Source: Hydrolagus colliei (Eukaryota). Taken from it: a stretch of DNA of 64,000 nucleotides. The stretch's first letter is position 1; the number at the start of each line of letters is the position of its first letter. A program made the position numbers and the translations under genes. The stretch is taken from assembly GCA_035084275.1 (NCBI GenBank), contig CM068742.1, positions 103,602,001-103,666,000 on the forward strand, read 5' to 3'. This document shows, in pieces, positions 1 through 13,252 of the stretch. The notes under the pieces were generated by a model. That model saw nothing but the letters and a program-made list of their open reading frames with translations. It was not told the DNA's origin and did no database searches.

Positions 1-119
1 CTCTTACCGAGCTGCAGGACTCCACACTACACTGGAGCGTCAATTTAGGCTGAGTTTAAAGTCCCACTGTAAATCTTGAAACTTGTGATTCATTGGCACC
101 AGCTGAGCCAAATTAACAG

Positions 120-315
120 ACAACAATAACTTTCATTTATATAACGTTCTTCACATTATGTTCTTTATGGGCTATTGTCTTGGAGTGCTTAGCAAGCCAG
201 AGCATGGGGGGTAGGGAGGACGTGACCATAAGCAAGATCGAAGAGGAGTCTAAAGCTGCGATCTAAAAGAGGGGAAGGATGGGCAAGGTGGAGGTATTGA
301 GGGAGAGAGTTCCAA
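120..315 (-). mobile_element. L2 LINE 3' fragment (old)
   Basis: Reverse complement of L2 tail: caacaataactttcatttatataacg...gagagagttccaaag. Confidence 0.55.
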
Positions 316-849
316 AGTTTTTTTGTGGTGGCTGAAACCTATTTGCATTCAGTGCACTCCTCCAGGCTTCTGATTTCCTGCAACTGACTTCTCCGGACTA
401 TTTGTCATTAGTAAAATACAGGGCCCTTACACTGTCAGCTGATGTGAGCTGAGAACGGAGTTGTAAATCTAGATATGGAGTTTTAACTCAGTGATCAATC
501 AAGTTAAAAAGGAAGGCATTTGCAGCTATTCATCAATTCATTCCTTGTATTGATTTTAAAAAATTAAGGAATACTGCAAAAATTGCCCCTATCTTTCCCA
601 CACGAATATCACTCCAGCTCATACCCCATTCTTCTACCTGCCTCTTGTTTCAGCCAACTCTGCCCTTTAGCCTTTATATCCTTTATCCCCTCCACTTCAC
701 CATCAGAGGTCGGGCTTTTAGCTACTATGCCCCAACATTGCCCTTTGCCCATCTTCATATCTCACCTGAAGATCTCCTCTGCAACCATGCCTGCAGGCCC
801 CTCTGCTTTCTTTCGATTCGGCATCAAACAACTCCATTATTAAACTAAA

Positions 850-1170
850 GTGGAGCTCCTGTAGCTCAGTGGTTAGAGCACTTGCTTTATAAGCATGAGA
901 CCTGTGTTCGAATCCAGGCAGGTCAGGGTGAAACCTTGGGCAAGTTTCCTTACTCCACACGCCTAATAATAATCCCTCAAAAAAACACAATAATAAAATT
1001 GGTCATTTCAATCCACAACTGTTTATGGGACACTGCTGTGCGCAATTGGCTGCTGCATTTCACCCACAAATATACAGTCAATTCACTTTACAATATATTT
1101 GTGAAGCGCTTTGAAATATCAATAAGATGTGAAAAGCGCTATATCAAATGCGAAGATTATTATTATTATT
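850..1170 (+). mobile_element. tRNA-derived SINE (main family, short subfamily)
   Basis: A box TAGCTCAGTGG, B box GTTCGAATCC, Deu-like ctgtttatgggacactgctgtgcgcaattggctgc, L2-type tail gtgaagcgcttt...aaagcgctatatcaaatgc, (ATT)n end; many copies in window. Confidence 0.9.
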
Positions 1171-2299
1171 CCATGTAAATGCATTGTTGTCGTTGCCTGA
1201 TGGTGGAGGAGAACTCAGGATGCGATAACTAGGGTAATAAGCAGTCAGCTTTAACCGTTGCTGAGGAACAGGTTGCATGGTCAGCTCTGATAACATAAAT
1301 GAGATTATTGGCAATCCAATTGATTTTGTTTAAAAGCTCTGTTGAAATTGCTCGCTGTGTAATTCACACTTGAATCCAATTCCTGAGGCAGTTTCAGGAG
1401 TGGCACTTGGAATTGATTTGATGTCCAAACATTTAAATTACAAGGTATTTTTATTATCGACTTGATGCAAACCTGTCAATGCAGAAAATGTCCATTTAGA
1501 CAGCATGTAACTCAGAAGCGCACCCACAAACGGTGAGCTCTATTAAACAGTTTTGTATAGTTAAAGCTACTTTTTTTTGCATGGGTATAAACCAGACAAA
1601 ATTAAAGTTCAGGATAAAACCCAACCTACTAGCTCAGATCATCTTCTGATTTGTGCTATCGCTGCATTTTAGTTAGAAATTTCTAATGTGCTGGATCATA
1701 AGGAAGTTAAGCATTACCATTTAGCAACAAGTCTGTAACACGTTATTAATGCTTGTTGCCTCTTGGGGGAATACAGTGAAATATTATTTGGAAACCACAT
1801 ATCAACCTGCTACCAATTAGGAACCCTGACAGGATCTATGTAACACAGGTGTACCAGATTTATTCAAGATGCCCCTATTTGGCGCTCACAGAGCACAAGT
1901 AACAATATACTGCAGGTACTGTTGCACAAATTTAATATCAAGGATAAATGTCATCTAATAAGGGAAGTCTCAGTTTTATTAGGTGCGGTAGAAACCAAAT
2001 TAACTCGCCAGCTACAGGAAAATTAATGATACCACTGGCTCAATATCTGAAATCTTATTTCCACCCGCCCTTACTGTAAATTCAGCAGATGTTAATCTTT
2101 CTTCCTTTACTTTTAACTGATGAGCTGGTCTGCTTTTTTTATATATAGGTAGTGACTATCGGAGAGGCTGATCTAATTGTTAAGAAGCGTACTGCCACAC
2201 AAAACCTTCAGGCATGGATACACTATGCAACATACCAATATCTGCCTAAGCCTCCAAAGCAGGCAAAACCTCAATTACTGCTTTGGTAGCCCAGAGTAC

Positions 2300-2620
2300 T
2301 ATCATAATCCTTGCATTTAATAAAGCACCTTATCACATCTTTGAGATGTCTCAAAGCACTTCACAGAATTTACTGTGCTGTGAATTTATTGTATATTCCA
2401 CAATAAGTCATATTCCACAGTCATGGATTGAATGACCAAAATATTTATTTATTTATTTTGAAGAGATTATTGGAAATCTACCAATTGACAACCTGGTTCC
2501 AATTTACTCTGAGCTAAACAGATGCGTGTGGAATAAGGAAACTTGCCTTTGGTTTAACGCTGATGGGGAATTGAACCCGGGTCACTTCCTTGCGATGCGA
2601 GTGCTCTAACCAATATGCTG
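2300..2620 (-). mobile_element. tRNA-derived SINE, degraded
   Basis: Reverse-complement tail aatccttgcattt...tctcaaagcacttcacag and head ggaattgaacccggg...gtgctctaacc. Confidence 0.7.
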
Positions 2621-3421
2621 CAGTGTTGCCATTGTGCTGACCACAGTATATGATGGTGATCAATGTATAGCTGTGGTGCTCAAATTGCATTGCCTACAAA
2701 ATACACAGGCACAATGATTCACGGCAGAATATTTTTTATCCTAGGCACTTAGACACACACCCATTAAATGTGTTTTGAAACATCACAATTTTCACTCCAA
2801 TGGTTTGTTTCTTTGGTTTAAATATCTCCAAAAAGCTTTATTCATGACATCCATCAGAAATCCTGGTTATATTGTGTTCATTTTTATCACATCTCCCGAG
2901 CTTTTTACAATAAAATCCAAGTCAATATCAATGGGAAGCCTAACCCTGCCTGAATGTTGTCCTTTGGTGATAATTGTTCTATGGGTTTCAGCTTTTGATA
3001 CATGCAGTCGATGGCTTAGTGAAGAGCTAGCTCCCCCATTGTAACTGTAAAGATATTAAGGCAGACCAGCTGAGAATGCTGCAATTTTCTAGGTCAAATG
3101 TGAGGCAATTCGTAAAACATCCATAAATGGTTATGACATTATTAGTTCCTTACGCGAGCTGCAAAGTACCTAAAGGCGTATCCATGGCAGATACGACATA
3201 ATGAGAAATGTGATGACTGAGCAATTCGGCAATCTGATTAACCAATTTGAAATGGCAGTTCTATGTATTCTGAAGCTGATTATTTACATTTTAGGCTGAC
3301 GGATGAAACAAAGCAAATGAACCAATCTGAAGAGTAAAGCATTTATACATGCCCATGGTTCGAATTCCAAACACCACTAAAATCAATTGGTGTTAATGAA
3401 TATTGAAGCACGTTCTATGGC

Positions 3422-3443
3422 GGGGGGGGGGGGGGGGGGGGGG
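3422..3443. repeat. poly-G run
   Basis: About 22 consecutive G. Confidence 0.95.
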
Positions 3444-3919
3444 TGTGAGGTTGAAAGCTGATTGAAACTCAAGAGGCTCAAAATATTTCAAGGTATTTCA
3501 AAATATTTCAAGACCATTGTCTTACATGCCTGCAAAATTATGGAACATTCTTAAGTTCAGGCTACAGAATAGAACCTCCACCTAGGTTCAGTTCACTGTA
3601 TTTATACTGCATTTCAGGGCACCCAGAACCCTTCATTTTGAAGCCGTTTTTCTGTAAGTTTCTCTTACACACTCTGGAAAAAAGAACAGCTTCAAAGTCG
3701 AGGCTGAATTCAACCACTTGCCAAATTCTGGACATTCTGAAATGCTATAAAAATAGAGTTAAGCTCTCAGAGATGCTACCCCCATCTCCCATGAAGATAT
3801 ATATGAATGCAAGTAGCAAATTTTGTTGTAAGTCTAAGCCTGGGTGGAATTTCTATCTCCTTCATTCAGAAGCTGTTTGTTTGCAGATCTAAAAATACCC
3901 AATAAAATAAAATAAATGT

Positions 3920-4190
3920 CAGCCTGTTCAGGTTGATGTTAAAGATCCCATGGCACTATTTGAAAAGTGAAGCGAGTTTCTCCGTGTGGCCTGGTTAATA
4001 ATATAAAATTGGTCTTTCACTAGTTGTCCGTTTTTAGGGCATTGCTGTATGCACATTGGCTGCCAGGTTTGCCCACAAAACACACAATCAATGGACCTTA
4101 CATTATATCCCTTCAAGCATTTTGGGGTGTTCTCCCGATGGGAAAGGCCAAACAGCAATTCTTACCAAATGTAAGAATTAGTATTATTAA
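3920..4190 (+). mobile_element. Old Deu-domain SINE fragment
   Basis: gcctgttcaggttgatgttaaagatcccatggcactatttgaa, typical of the Deu domain, followed by tail. Confidence 0.7.
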
Positions 4191-6377
4191 GGCCGTATTG
4201 TCTTGATATTTAAGTTTGGCTGAAATGTGAAAAAAATTTCAATTCTGTCCATACTTGGAAGATGTTTTCTTCTTAAGAATGTTGGAAAACCGGCTTCCAA
4301 TTGAAGACTGAATTGAATTTTTTTCCACCGTCCTGCACGATTTGCGTGGGTTATCTACTCCCCATTGTTCCACTGCCAGAGGTGAAGCCACTTTTGCTTC
4401 CAGCACTGTAAACCCAACACAGTTCCCCAATGCAGCATAAAGTACCCTGGAACTTTCATTATAACCATATGAAAAAACAGATGGTGTTCACAACTTGCCT
4501 GCTCTCCATTAATTTTTTTTTCGTGTGTGGAGAAAATTATGGCACAATTTATATTTTATAATTCTTCTAAAAGCAATTAGTTTGACTATTAGGAAGGGGA
4601 CATTTAAAATGAATTTCAGGAAAATACTAAACATTAGGGTGAGACTTCAAGTATTATTTGATTTAGGATGACTATATTAAAAGGGGTATATTACTCTTAG
4701 AAATAAAATGCACAATAAAAAAGCGAGGAAAAAGCTTCCTGACTTGTTGCAGTAGACGTCATAATGATACATTAATGCTGAACTCAGTTAAAGGGGAAAC
4801 TACAGTTTTTACTTTTATTGTGCTTTTTATTGTGGGTCTAAAATATGTTTTTCTCACTACCTGCCCTTATAAATATTGAAGTCTTGTGACATACATCACA
4901 TCATCCCACGGGAACTCCACTCCAACCTGCCGAGAAATCAGTTGGACATCCAATAGTCGGTATGTCCAGTTACCGATAGGTTTTGGTAATAACACATTTA
5001 TAATTCCTGTAGAAATCCTGGCTGTGATTTAGGAGCAGTGGGCAAGTCAACAAGTTTTACATGTCGTCCCACATCATACAGTTAGAATCAAAACCACAAA
5101 CATCTCAGCTGATACAAAATAGCAAAATAGTAAGGCTTTCCTTCAGGAAATCGAGGAAATTAATTATTTTGTGTTCAAAGGTCTTCGCTGATTCAAGCTC
5201 AGACCCGGAAGAAAGCATTAACTAATGCTTTCTTCCGTAAAATTCTAGGTTATTAATTGTCTCAATCTTTGACTCTACTTGGACAAAGTGCAGAAATTAC
5301 TGTATTCAAATTTCATTCATCAATTAGTCTTTCAGACAAGGGAGATGGTGTGTAGCATATATTGAGGGATAAGGGAATAGAGGGGTATGGGAGAGGGGGT
5401 AAGGAGTGGTGGAGACTTATAGGGAGCATAAACACTGGCACAGACTAATAGGTAATATCTCAGAATGCTTTACATGGATGGTGTCAGATGCCAAGCAAGA
5501 GAGGTCAATGAATCAGAGATGGGAAGTGACTGAAGTGGGAGGTATTGGACAGCATTTAAAGACAGATAGAGAGGTAGCGAGTTGGATGGATAGAGAGAGG
5601 GGCTTTGAAAAGGTTCCATGTACTGTAATTCTATTGAACTTGCAGTGAGAAAGTGTGTTCTGAGGTATATCTGTGGAGACCGTACCAGAATTCAGAGAGA
5701 AGCTGCATCAGAAATACTGGCAAAGGACTCAAAAAGCACCTTTTTGGATTAATCAGTAAAGCATTAAATCTGCTGAGTAAATCAGGGCACAAACTGAGGT
5801 TTTCCATTGTTAAAAGTGCAAGGCCAGAGTCCACCCACATGATAAAGCTTGGTAGAAGAAAGCACAATAGGGGAAAGGTTCAATAAACCTTTATTGTTGG
5901 TTTTTAACAGACGGTATATGATTCACTGGATCATGGACTCTTCCCAAACTATAATAGACTTGGGCTTACAACAACAACTTGCATTCATATTGTCCCTCAT
6001 ACAGAGTAGCATCCCAGAGCGCACGACAGTGGGGGAGCATGACGCCGAGCCGGAGGGAGGGAGGAAGGGGAGGAACCCTGGGTTTATGGCATTTATTAAT
6101 AGATTCCTTAATAAAGAATGTGTTATTGGTGAATTTCTAACTGTGGAATGTGTGGAGAATGCATTTAATTACTTTTTTTTGAAGTAATTAAATAATTCAT
6201 TCTTCAGGGAATTTGTGGGGTAAAATCCCACCCGGGTCTAGATTCATTCTATTAACTTCGTATTTTCAAATCTCTGGTATTTGGCAAATTGTTGAACTCA
6301 GTCTCAATTTTGAAGCCAGTTTTCTGTAAACTGGAAAAAGAAACTTACAGAAAACAGGTCTCAAATTTAAATTACTA

Positions 6378-6731
6378 GGTGGAGTGGTTAGAGTACTTGC
6401 CTCGCAAGTGAGAGACCTGGGTTTGATTCCCAGCAGGACGAAATGTTAGGCAAGATACCTTAATCCTCACGCCTCTTTTTATCTCGCAGGAAATTGGAAG
6501 CCAGGTGTCAGTCGATTGGCGGACTGGTTTTCTAGGGAAAATAATTTTTTTCCCCAAAAATTGTGGTCACTTAATTTGCAGTGCTTGTGCAACACTGCTG
6601 TGCACAATTGGCTGCTATGCTTCGCCCATAAAATATCCAGCCAATTCACTTTACAGTATATTCTGTGAAGCGCTTTAAGATGCCTCGAAGGCATGGTAAG
6701 GCGCTCTATCAAATGTGAGGATTATTATTAT
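6378..6731 (+). mobile_element. tRNA-derived SINE (long subfamily)
   Basis: Head gtggttagagtacttgcctcgcaagtgagagacctgggtttgattccc, extra central segment, Deu-like part and (ATT)n tail. Confidence 0.8.
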
Positions 6732-7339
6732 TTGATAAATCACCTTATCACGTCAGGAGGATGTCTCAAAGCACTTCACAAGATTTACTGTAAAGTGCAG
6801 CAACTGTGTATTTTTGTGGATAAATCTGGCAGTTAATTTGCACATAATAGTATATGATAAATAGCCATAAAGTGAATGACAAATCATATCTGCAGGATTT
6901 TTTTGAGAGAACACCAAGAGAAACTCTGTCATTCCCAATAGTTCTAGGATGCTAATCTAGCCTCACATCCTGCGATGTGTGCTATGAGCCATCTTTCTGT
7001 ATGCAGTTATCTTTGTTACTCTGAAGTGTACAGTGTGCACTGCCAAAAAGAATGATTTACAAAGATAAACCAAGGGTCAAGCTTGAAGAATCTGCTCAGT
7101 TACTTTCTTTCAAACCTTTGTCTTGCATGCTTTGACGTGATTAAGTGTTACTTTAAAAAGATTAGCTCATCCAATAACATTGCCTGAAGTAATGCAATGA
7201 TTTGCTGTGAAGCCCTATCACAGTGTGTACAGTTGATGCAATAGCTAAGCTCCACTGGTTATTTACACAAGCGCGGAGCAATTATATTCTGTGTGACGCT
7301 CTGGGAAAAAATACTGATTTGTGCGTTAAATAATCAAAT

Positions 7340-7617
7340 GTGGATCCCTGTAGCTCAGTGGTTAGATAACTCGCGTTACAAGCGGGAGACCTGGGTTCAA
7401 TTCCCGGCAAGGCTAAACTTTGGGCAAGTTACCTTGCTTCACACGCCTAATAATCATCCCTCAAAAAAAAATTTGGTCACTCAATTCACGACTGTTTGTG
7501 GGACACTGCTGTGCACAAATGGCTGCCGTGTTTCACCCACAACTCTGTGAAGCGCTTTGAGACATCTAGAACACGTTAAAAGCACTACATCAAATGCAAG
7601 GATTATTATTATTATTA
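7340..7617 (+). mobile_element. tRNA-derived SINE (short subfamily)
   Basis: ctgtagctcagtggttaga...gggttcaattccc...gtgaagcgctttgagacatc...aaatgcaaggattattatt. Confidence 0.85.
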
Positions 7618-8382
7618 ATTCTGGCTGTCTGCCACTCTGATTTCAAAATAAGTCCTAATAATTTTTATCCAAAATTTACATCCTGAAATGTTGCAAACAA
7701 TTTTACATCAGCTTTCATTTAAAATACCATTTTAGTACTTTATAAAGATACAATGGTCTCGCTTTTATCACTGTAAATATTATTGGAATGCAATTCTTTC
7801 ATTTGTAGAGAACACAACAGCCACACCCATCATCCTGATCTTCGAAGTGAGAAAATTAAATATACTGTAAATAACAATAAAGTATTACTGAGATTGTTTA
7901 ATAGGCAAATGACTGCATAATAATCTTTGCTAAAACATGACAAGTTTTGAATCACTGTAACTTTTGGGGGGCAAAGAGGTCACAAATATATAAAATATTT
8001 GATTGGAATTTCCTTTCTCCCAGTTCACAAAGATGGACAATAATTTCCCACAATCTGACTGTGTTGTATATGTATTGTGTGTAGCGTGTGTGCGTGGTGT
8101 GTGTGTTTTGCGTGTGGTGCCGCCCTGCCCATCCTACCATTGGCGGATAGACGTTCAGCTTTTCTGCTCTTACTCTGTGGAACTCCATCCCCGAATCCCT
8201 CCATTGCCTATGCCTTTGCCTACTGAAAGCCCACTTCGAGACTTTCCTTTTTGATTGTACTTCTGGATGCTCTCCCTTTAATTCCAAATTGAGTTTGGGT
8301 GCAAACACTTAACTATCCAGCACCTTGGAAGGTCCTCCCTGATGTGAAAAGCACTATGCAAATGTAATTTTGTTGTTGTGTA

Positions 8383-8580
8383 CAGTAAAACTTTGATAAT
8401 TCAGTACATTTGAGCCCACGCACCTCCCGGATTTCGGAGTTTGCTGGTATTTAGAACCTAGCCTAGAAATGGCTGGGGAAGCCCCTCCACATGCACAGCT
8501 TGTGCTGTAAACAAAGCACTGAAACCAAAAAATGCCTGAGCTACAACAATAACACCGGATGTCAGAGTAGCGGCATCGTG
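8383..8580. mobile_element. Probable Tigger/pogo-like MITE left part, truncated by L2
   Basis: TA followed by cagtaaaactttgataattc, resembling the TIR of the 60187-60544 element; right TIR not seen. Confidence 0.4.
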
Positions 8581-8586
8581 AACTAC

Positions 8587-10360
8587 TACAACAACAAAAT
8601 TACATTTATAGAGCGCCTTGAATGTTAGGATGATGTCCCAAAGCGCTGAACTGTCAGTGGTTGGGACTTAAGTATGGAGGAGAGGCAGTGGAGGGGGGGG
8701 AGGCATGGAGTGGGGAGGAGAGGGAGAGAGATGGGAGAGCAGCAGAAGGCACGATCGAAAAGGAGGGTCTTGAGATCGGCCTTGGAGGACGCAAAGGACT
8801 ATGGGATAGATTTCCAGAGTGTGGAAGGGGCAGAGAGGCTGAAAGCCTGTCCACTGATGATAGGGTGGGACAGGCGAGAGACATGGAGCAGACCAGAGCC
8901 TGCTGAATGGAACGGTGGTGTGGTAAGGATTCAGCAGGTCGGAGAGATAGAAAGTGGCAAGGCTGTGGATGGTCTTGAAAGTGAGGATGAGGATCTGGAA
9001 TTTGATCCTCTGGAGGATGGGGAGCCAGTGGAGGGTGGGAGTGATTGGGTCACGGAGCCAGGTGTGGGAGAGGACACAAGCTGCAGAGTTTTGGATGATC
9101 TGCAGCCTGTGAAGGGATGAGCTGGGAAGACTGACAAGGAGGGAATTTACTACTCAAGCATCGATGTGACGAATGTATGGGTGAGGGTTTTGACAACCTG
9201 AGGGGCGAGGCAGTGGCAGAGTCTGGCAATGTTACGGAGGTGGTGCAAGGCAATGCTGGTCATGGTGCGGATGCGTGAAGGAAAGGACAGTTCAGAGTCA
9301 AACAAGACACCCAGGTTGCTGACTGGCTTTATGAGACGGAATGTGCAGCCGCGGATGCTGATGCTGCAAGTGCCTGAGGTGCAGAGGCGCCTATGCGAAT
9401 CAATCAGGAGGGCTTAAGTCCTGCTGATGTTCAGATGGAGAAATTTGTCCCTCATCCAGGAGTCGAGGTCGGACAAGCAGGCAGTCAGGAAGTCGGTAGT
9501 CCTGGGGTTGAGGGTGGTAGTGGAGAGATATAGTTGGGTAGAAATTTACTCCATGTTTGCGCCTGATGTCATGTAAAGGGTAAAGAGGAGGGGACCGAGG
9601 ACAGAGCCATGAAGAATGCTGCACGAGACAATGCGGGGGCTGGAAGAAAAGCCATTGGCAGACACAAAGTGGAGACGGTGTGAGAGATAGAACGTGAACT
9701 AGTCAAGGACAGAACCTTGAAGGTTGAGTGGAAGGACAGTCGGTGGAGTAGGATTGAATGGTCCACAGTGTCAAAGGCGATGGATAGATCGAGGAGGACA
9801 AGGAGGCCTGGTTATAGATGGTCAGGATATCTTGACTAGGACAGTTTCCTTTGATTGGAGAGCTCATGGAGGGAGTGGGATGAGAGGAAAGAGTGAAACT
9901 GGGAGGCAACAACACTTTCAAGGACCTTGGACAGAAAAGAGAGGTTGGAAATGGCCTGGTAGTTGGAGAGCTGTACCTGTCAAGGGAAGGTTTCTTCAGA
10001 GTGGGGTTGATAGTGACTGTTTTGAGCAGGTGCTGGATGAAAGGGACAGGTTGATGGTGTTGGCGAGTAGTGGGGTAAGGAGGTCGAGATGGGAGGTAAG
10101 GAGAAGTGTGGGGATGGCATCCAGGGAGCAGGCGGTGAGCTTCATGGTGATGGCAAAGAAAGGGGAGACAGGTTTGAAGGTATGAAAGGAGGGCTGGGTA
10201 GGATTCGGAGTGTGGGAAGGAGGTGGGGAGGGGGTGAAATTGGAAGGGCGGTGAAAGCTGAGCCAATTTCCTCGATTTTGGACTTGAGGAAATCCAACAT
10301 CTCCTCGCAGTGGGAATTGGAGGAAAGAATCTAGTAGGCATGGCAGGGAGGACAGAGGAG
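8587..10360 (-). mobile_element. L2 LINE, 5'-truncated, with frameshifted RT
   Basis: Minus-strand fragments translate as ACSLDAIPT.LL, INPTLKKPSLD, DHSILLHRLS, RKHGVNF; tail reverse complement caacaacaaaattacatttatagagcgcc. Confidence 0.9.
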
Positions 10361-10444
10361 CCGGTTGTTGGTATTGATGTGTGTTATGCATATGTATACA
10401 CATGGGTATAGTTGAGTGAGGACAGAATTGGGTCCTCAGTGATT

Positions 10445-10615
10445 ATAATAATCCTTGCATTTGATATAGTGTCTATCATGTCTTCGAGACATCTCAAAGC
10501 GCTACATAAAATATGCTGAAAAGTGAATTGACAGTACAGTTTGTGGGCAAAACGCGTCAGTTAATTGAACTCAGCAGAGTCCCACAAACAGTTGTGAATT
10601 GAAGTGACCAATTTA
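10445..10615 (-). mobile_element. SINE 3' half
   Basis: aataatccttgcatttgatatag...cccacaaacagttgtg. Confidence 0.75.
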
Positions 10616-11079
10616 TTTTTATTCATTCTGTGATGCCCCAGAATTGAATGAATAAATTGCTGAATTTTACTCTCTGGGCTCACATAGGTGGAATGGTAAT
10701 TTGGGTTAACTTGGAATTAAAATATGTGCTCATTCTTCAAGGCTGAGGTTTGCAGCCCACTCCTACTGAAGAATACTTAATAAAATCAATGAAGGACACT
10801 TGACAAGCTAAATTGGGCAGGACTTATCATGGCTCTCGTCACATTTAAAACAGAAATGGATCCTTGTCACTAAGTATTACATCTTGCTGTAGACTCATTG
10901 TTGTGAATTTCTCCTGTACTCTGAAGACAGTTCAGACTTGGCTTCAAAAACTAGCATTCAGAAACACACTGAACGTCTGTGGTCTTCCAGAGGCTTTCCA
11001 GAGAAAATGAGCACGTATTCTAATTCCAAGTTAACCAAACTCCATAGGCTCCATGGCAGAGTGGATTGACTTTGATCTT

Positions 11080-11457
11080 CACTCTTATGTTTAAATCTAT
11101 CCACTCCTCTGCCCCACCCTCCCACCATCTCTCTCACCTTCTCTATCCTCACAGCAATAGCCGTTACTTCCGCTCTATTGGTTCCGGCCTTCTTCTTTTT
11201 CCCTGAATCCTCGCCTCCACCATTGGTGGCCGTGCTTTCAGCCATTGCGCTCTGAAACTTTGGAACTACCTCCCTCAATCCCTTGGCTTCACCTCCTCCT
11301 TTCCTATCTTCAACTCATACCTGAAGACCTTTCTCTTCAAGTGAGCTCATGGTCACCTTCCTCATCCTCCTGGCTCGACCTTGGGTTCCACCATTGTTAA
11401 GCTCTCTGAGACGCCGCCAGGCATGGGGATTGCTACATAAATGCTGGTTGTTGTTGA
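11080..11457 (+). mobile_element. L2 LINE 3' fragment (old)
   Basis: ccattggtggccgtgctttcagcc...ttggaactacctccct...aagacctttctcttc...gttgttgttg. Confidence 0.75.
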
Positions 11458-12409
11458 GACATCTCCCAAACAGGAAAAGTGCTATATCAAATATAAGGAA
11501 TATTATTTTTGCAGTTTACTGGAAGGCAAAGGTATGTTAGATGCGGGTAACTTTCAATTCAGATGTACTATATAATGAATACTCCAGTGTACTGAAAGGA
11601 TTTTCACATGGATTTTCAAAGGAGTTTCAAAAGACCAATGTCTTTTAAGACAAACAGACACAATATACTGGGAAGATGTTGCATCTCTGAGCATTCTCTA
11701 ACTTTGTTAAAAATAAACACGTGCTTCAATAAATTGAAACCATTTTCTGTATGTTTCTTATAACGATTACTGAAAATCAATTTCTAAGTGACATCTAAAT
11801 TCAACATTTTGTCAACTTCCTATTTAAATAATAATATTCCTTGCATCTGCTCTAAGCATTTAAATTTAGTGGGATATTTCACAGGGTCTCACAGTAAAGA
11901 CTAGTTTCTTGTGTTTTGTAGGCAAATGCAGCAGCCAAATTGCACACAGCCATGTTCCACAAACAACTATGGAGTGAATGACTAATTTTATTTGGGGAAT
12001 TATTGGCCAGGACACTGTGAGAAATTTCCTTCTCTTTCTGAACAGAGCCAAGAGATCTTTAACATTTACCTTAATAGGCAGACTGGGCTTTAACGTCGCA
12101 TCCAAAGGACGGATACAATTAGTCTAAAACCAGGTGGAATTTTTCGTTTGTTCACAAATATGTATCACATTAATAGATAAATGCTGGGACTGTCTGGGAA
12201 ATTTAGATTTAGAAAGATTATGAAAAACTTCATATTGGGAATCGCTGAGGAGTTCATTAAATGTCGTCATTCGCAAGATCACTCATTTAGTGATTCGGCC
12301 CATCTGATCTCATCTCTCCAGATCACCCATCCTTCTATCCACCCATCATATCATTAAGGTGCATGCAGCAAAGGGACCCATAGGAAGTGTATACATGGGA
12401 AACCATGTA

Positions 12410-12780
12410 GTGTTAAGTTGACACTCCAATATTATGCTGAGATGTGCTGCATTTTTTGAGGAGCTGTCCTTCTTTAACATTCCACCTGTGTGAGCCCAGA
12501 GAGTAATTATACCAAGGTTCTCATCTGAATTTTCAGGTGTGCCAAAGATCCCATCGTACTCTCTAAAAAGAGTGGAAACTTTCTCCCCATGCCCTCAGCA
12601 ATAATCTCCCAAATAAAATTGATCATTTACCGCTGTTTGCAGGACATTGCTGTCTTCAATTTGGCTGTCACATTCACCCACAAAACACACATTAACTGCA
12701 CTTTACATTATATCTTGTGAAGTGCTTTGGGACGTCCTCCTGAAAGGCACCAATGCCAAATTATTAACAATAATTATTAT
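12410..12780 (+). mobile_element. Old Deu-domain SINE carrying a short foreign insert
   Basis: gacactccaat...aaagatcccatc...aaataaaattgatcatt...gtgaagtgctttgggacgtcc. Confidence 0.65.
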
Positions 12781-13252
12781 TATGTTGTAAAGCTATTTGA
12801 GAAAACACCTTCCTCAATGGCCAATAGCTACTGTGTTGTAGGAAAAGGTCAGATAAATGACACCGTTAAAAGTAATAATTAATAATAATAATCCTAATAA
12901 TATTATTATTATATAATCCTTGCATTTGATATAGCGCTTTTCACATCTTATTTACGTCTCAAAGTATTGTTCTTGAGACAAGCAACGCACAAACAATGGC
13001 CTGAATGGCTTTCTCTGTGCTGTAAATTTTTATGGTTTCATTGGTACAATGGTATGATAGCCAAGTTGTGCACCAGACTTTTATTTTCAATACTATCTGG
13101 TCGCTAATTTAACACAACAGCTTAATTAGCACATGAATGTTAATTGACACATTGCAACATTGCAAACTTCACAAAGATATCATGGAAACATGACAGAAGC
13201 ATGGGGAATGCTTTTCATTCTTAATGCACTCATATATCATTGTACCAATGCT

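Noticed and set aside
852-925. tRNA-Val/Ala-like genes (also at 7340, 22187, 37265, 44484, 61265 etc.)
   Set aside because: They are SINE heads: acceptor and anticodon stems do not pair properly and each continues into the same SINE body.
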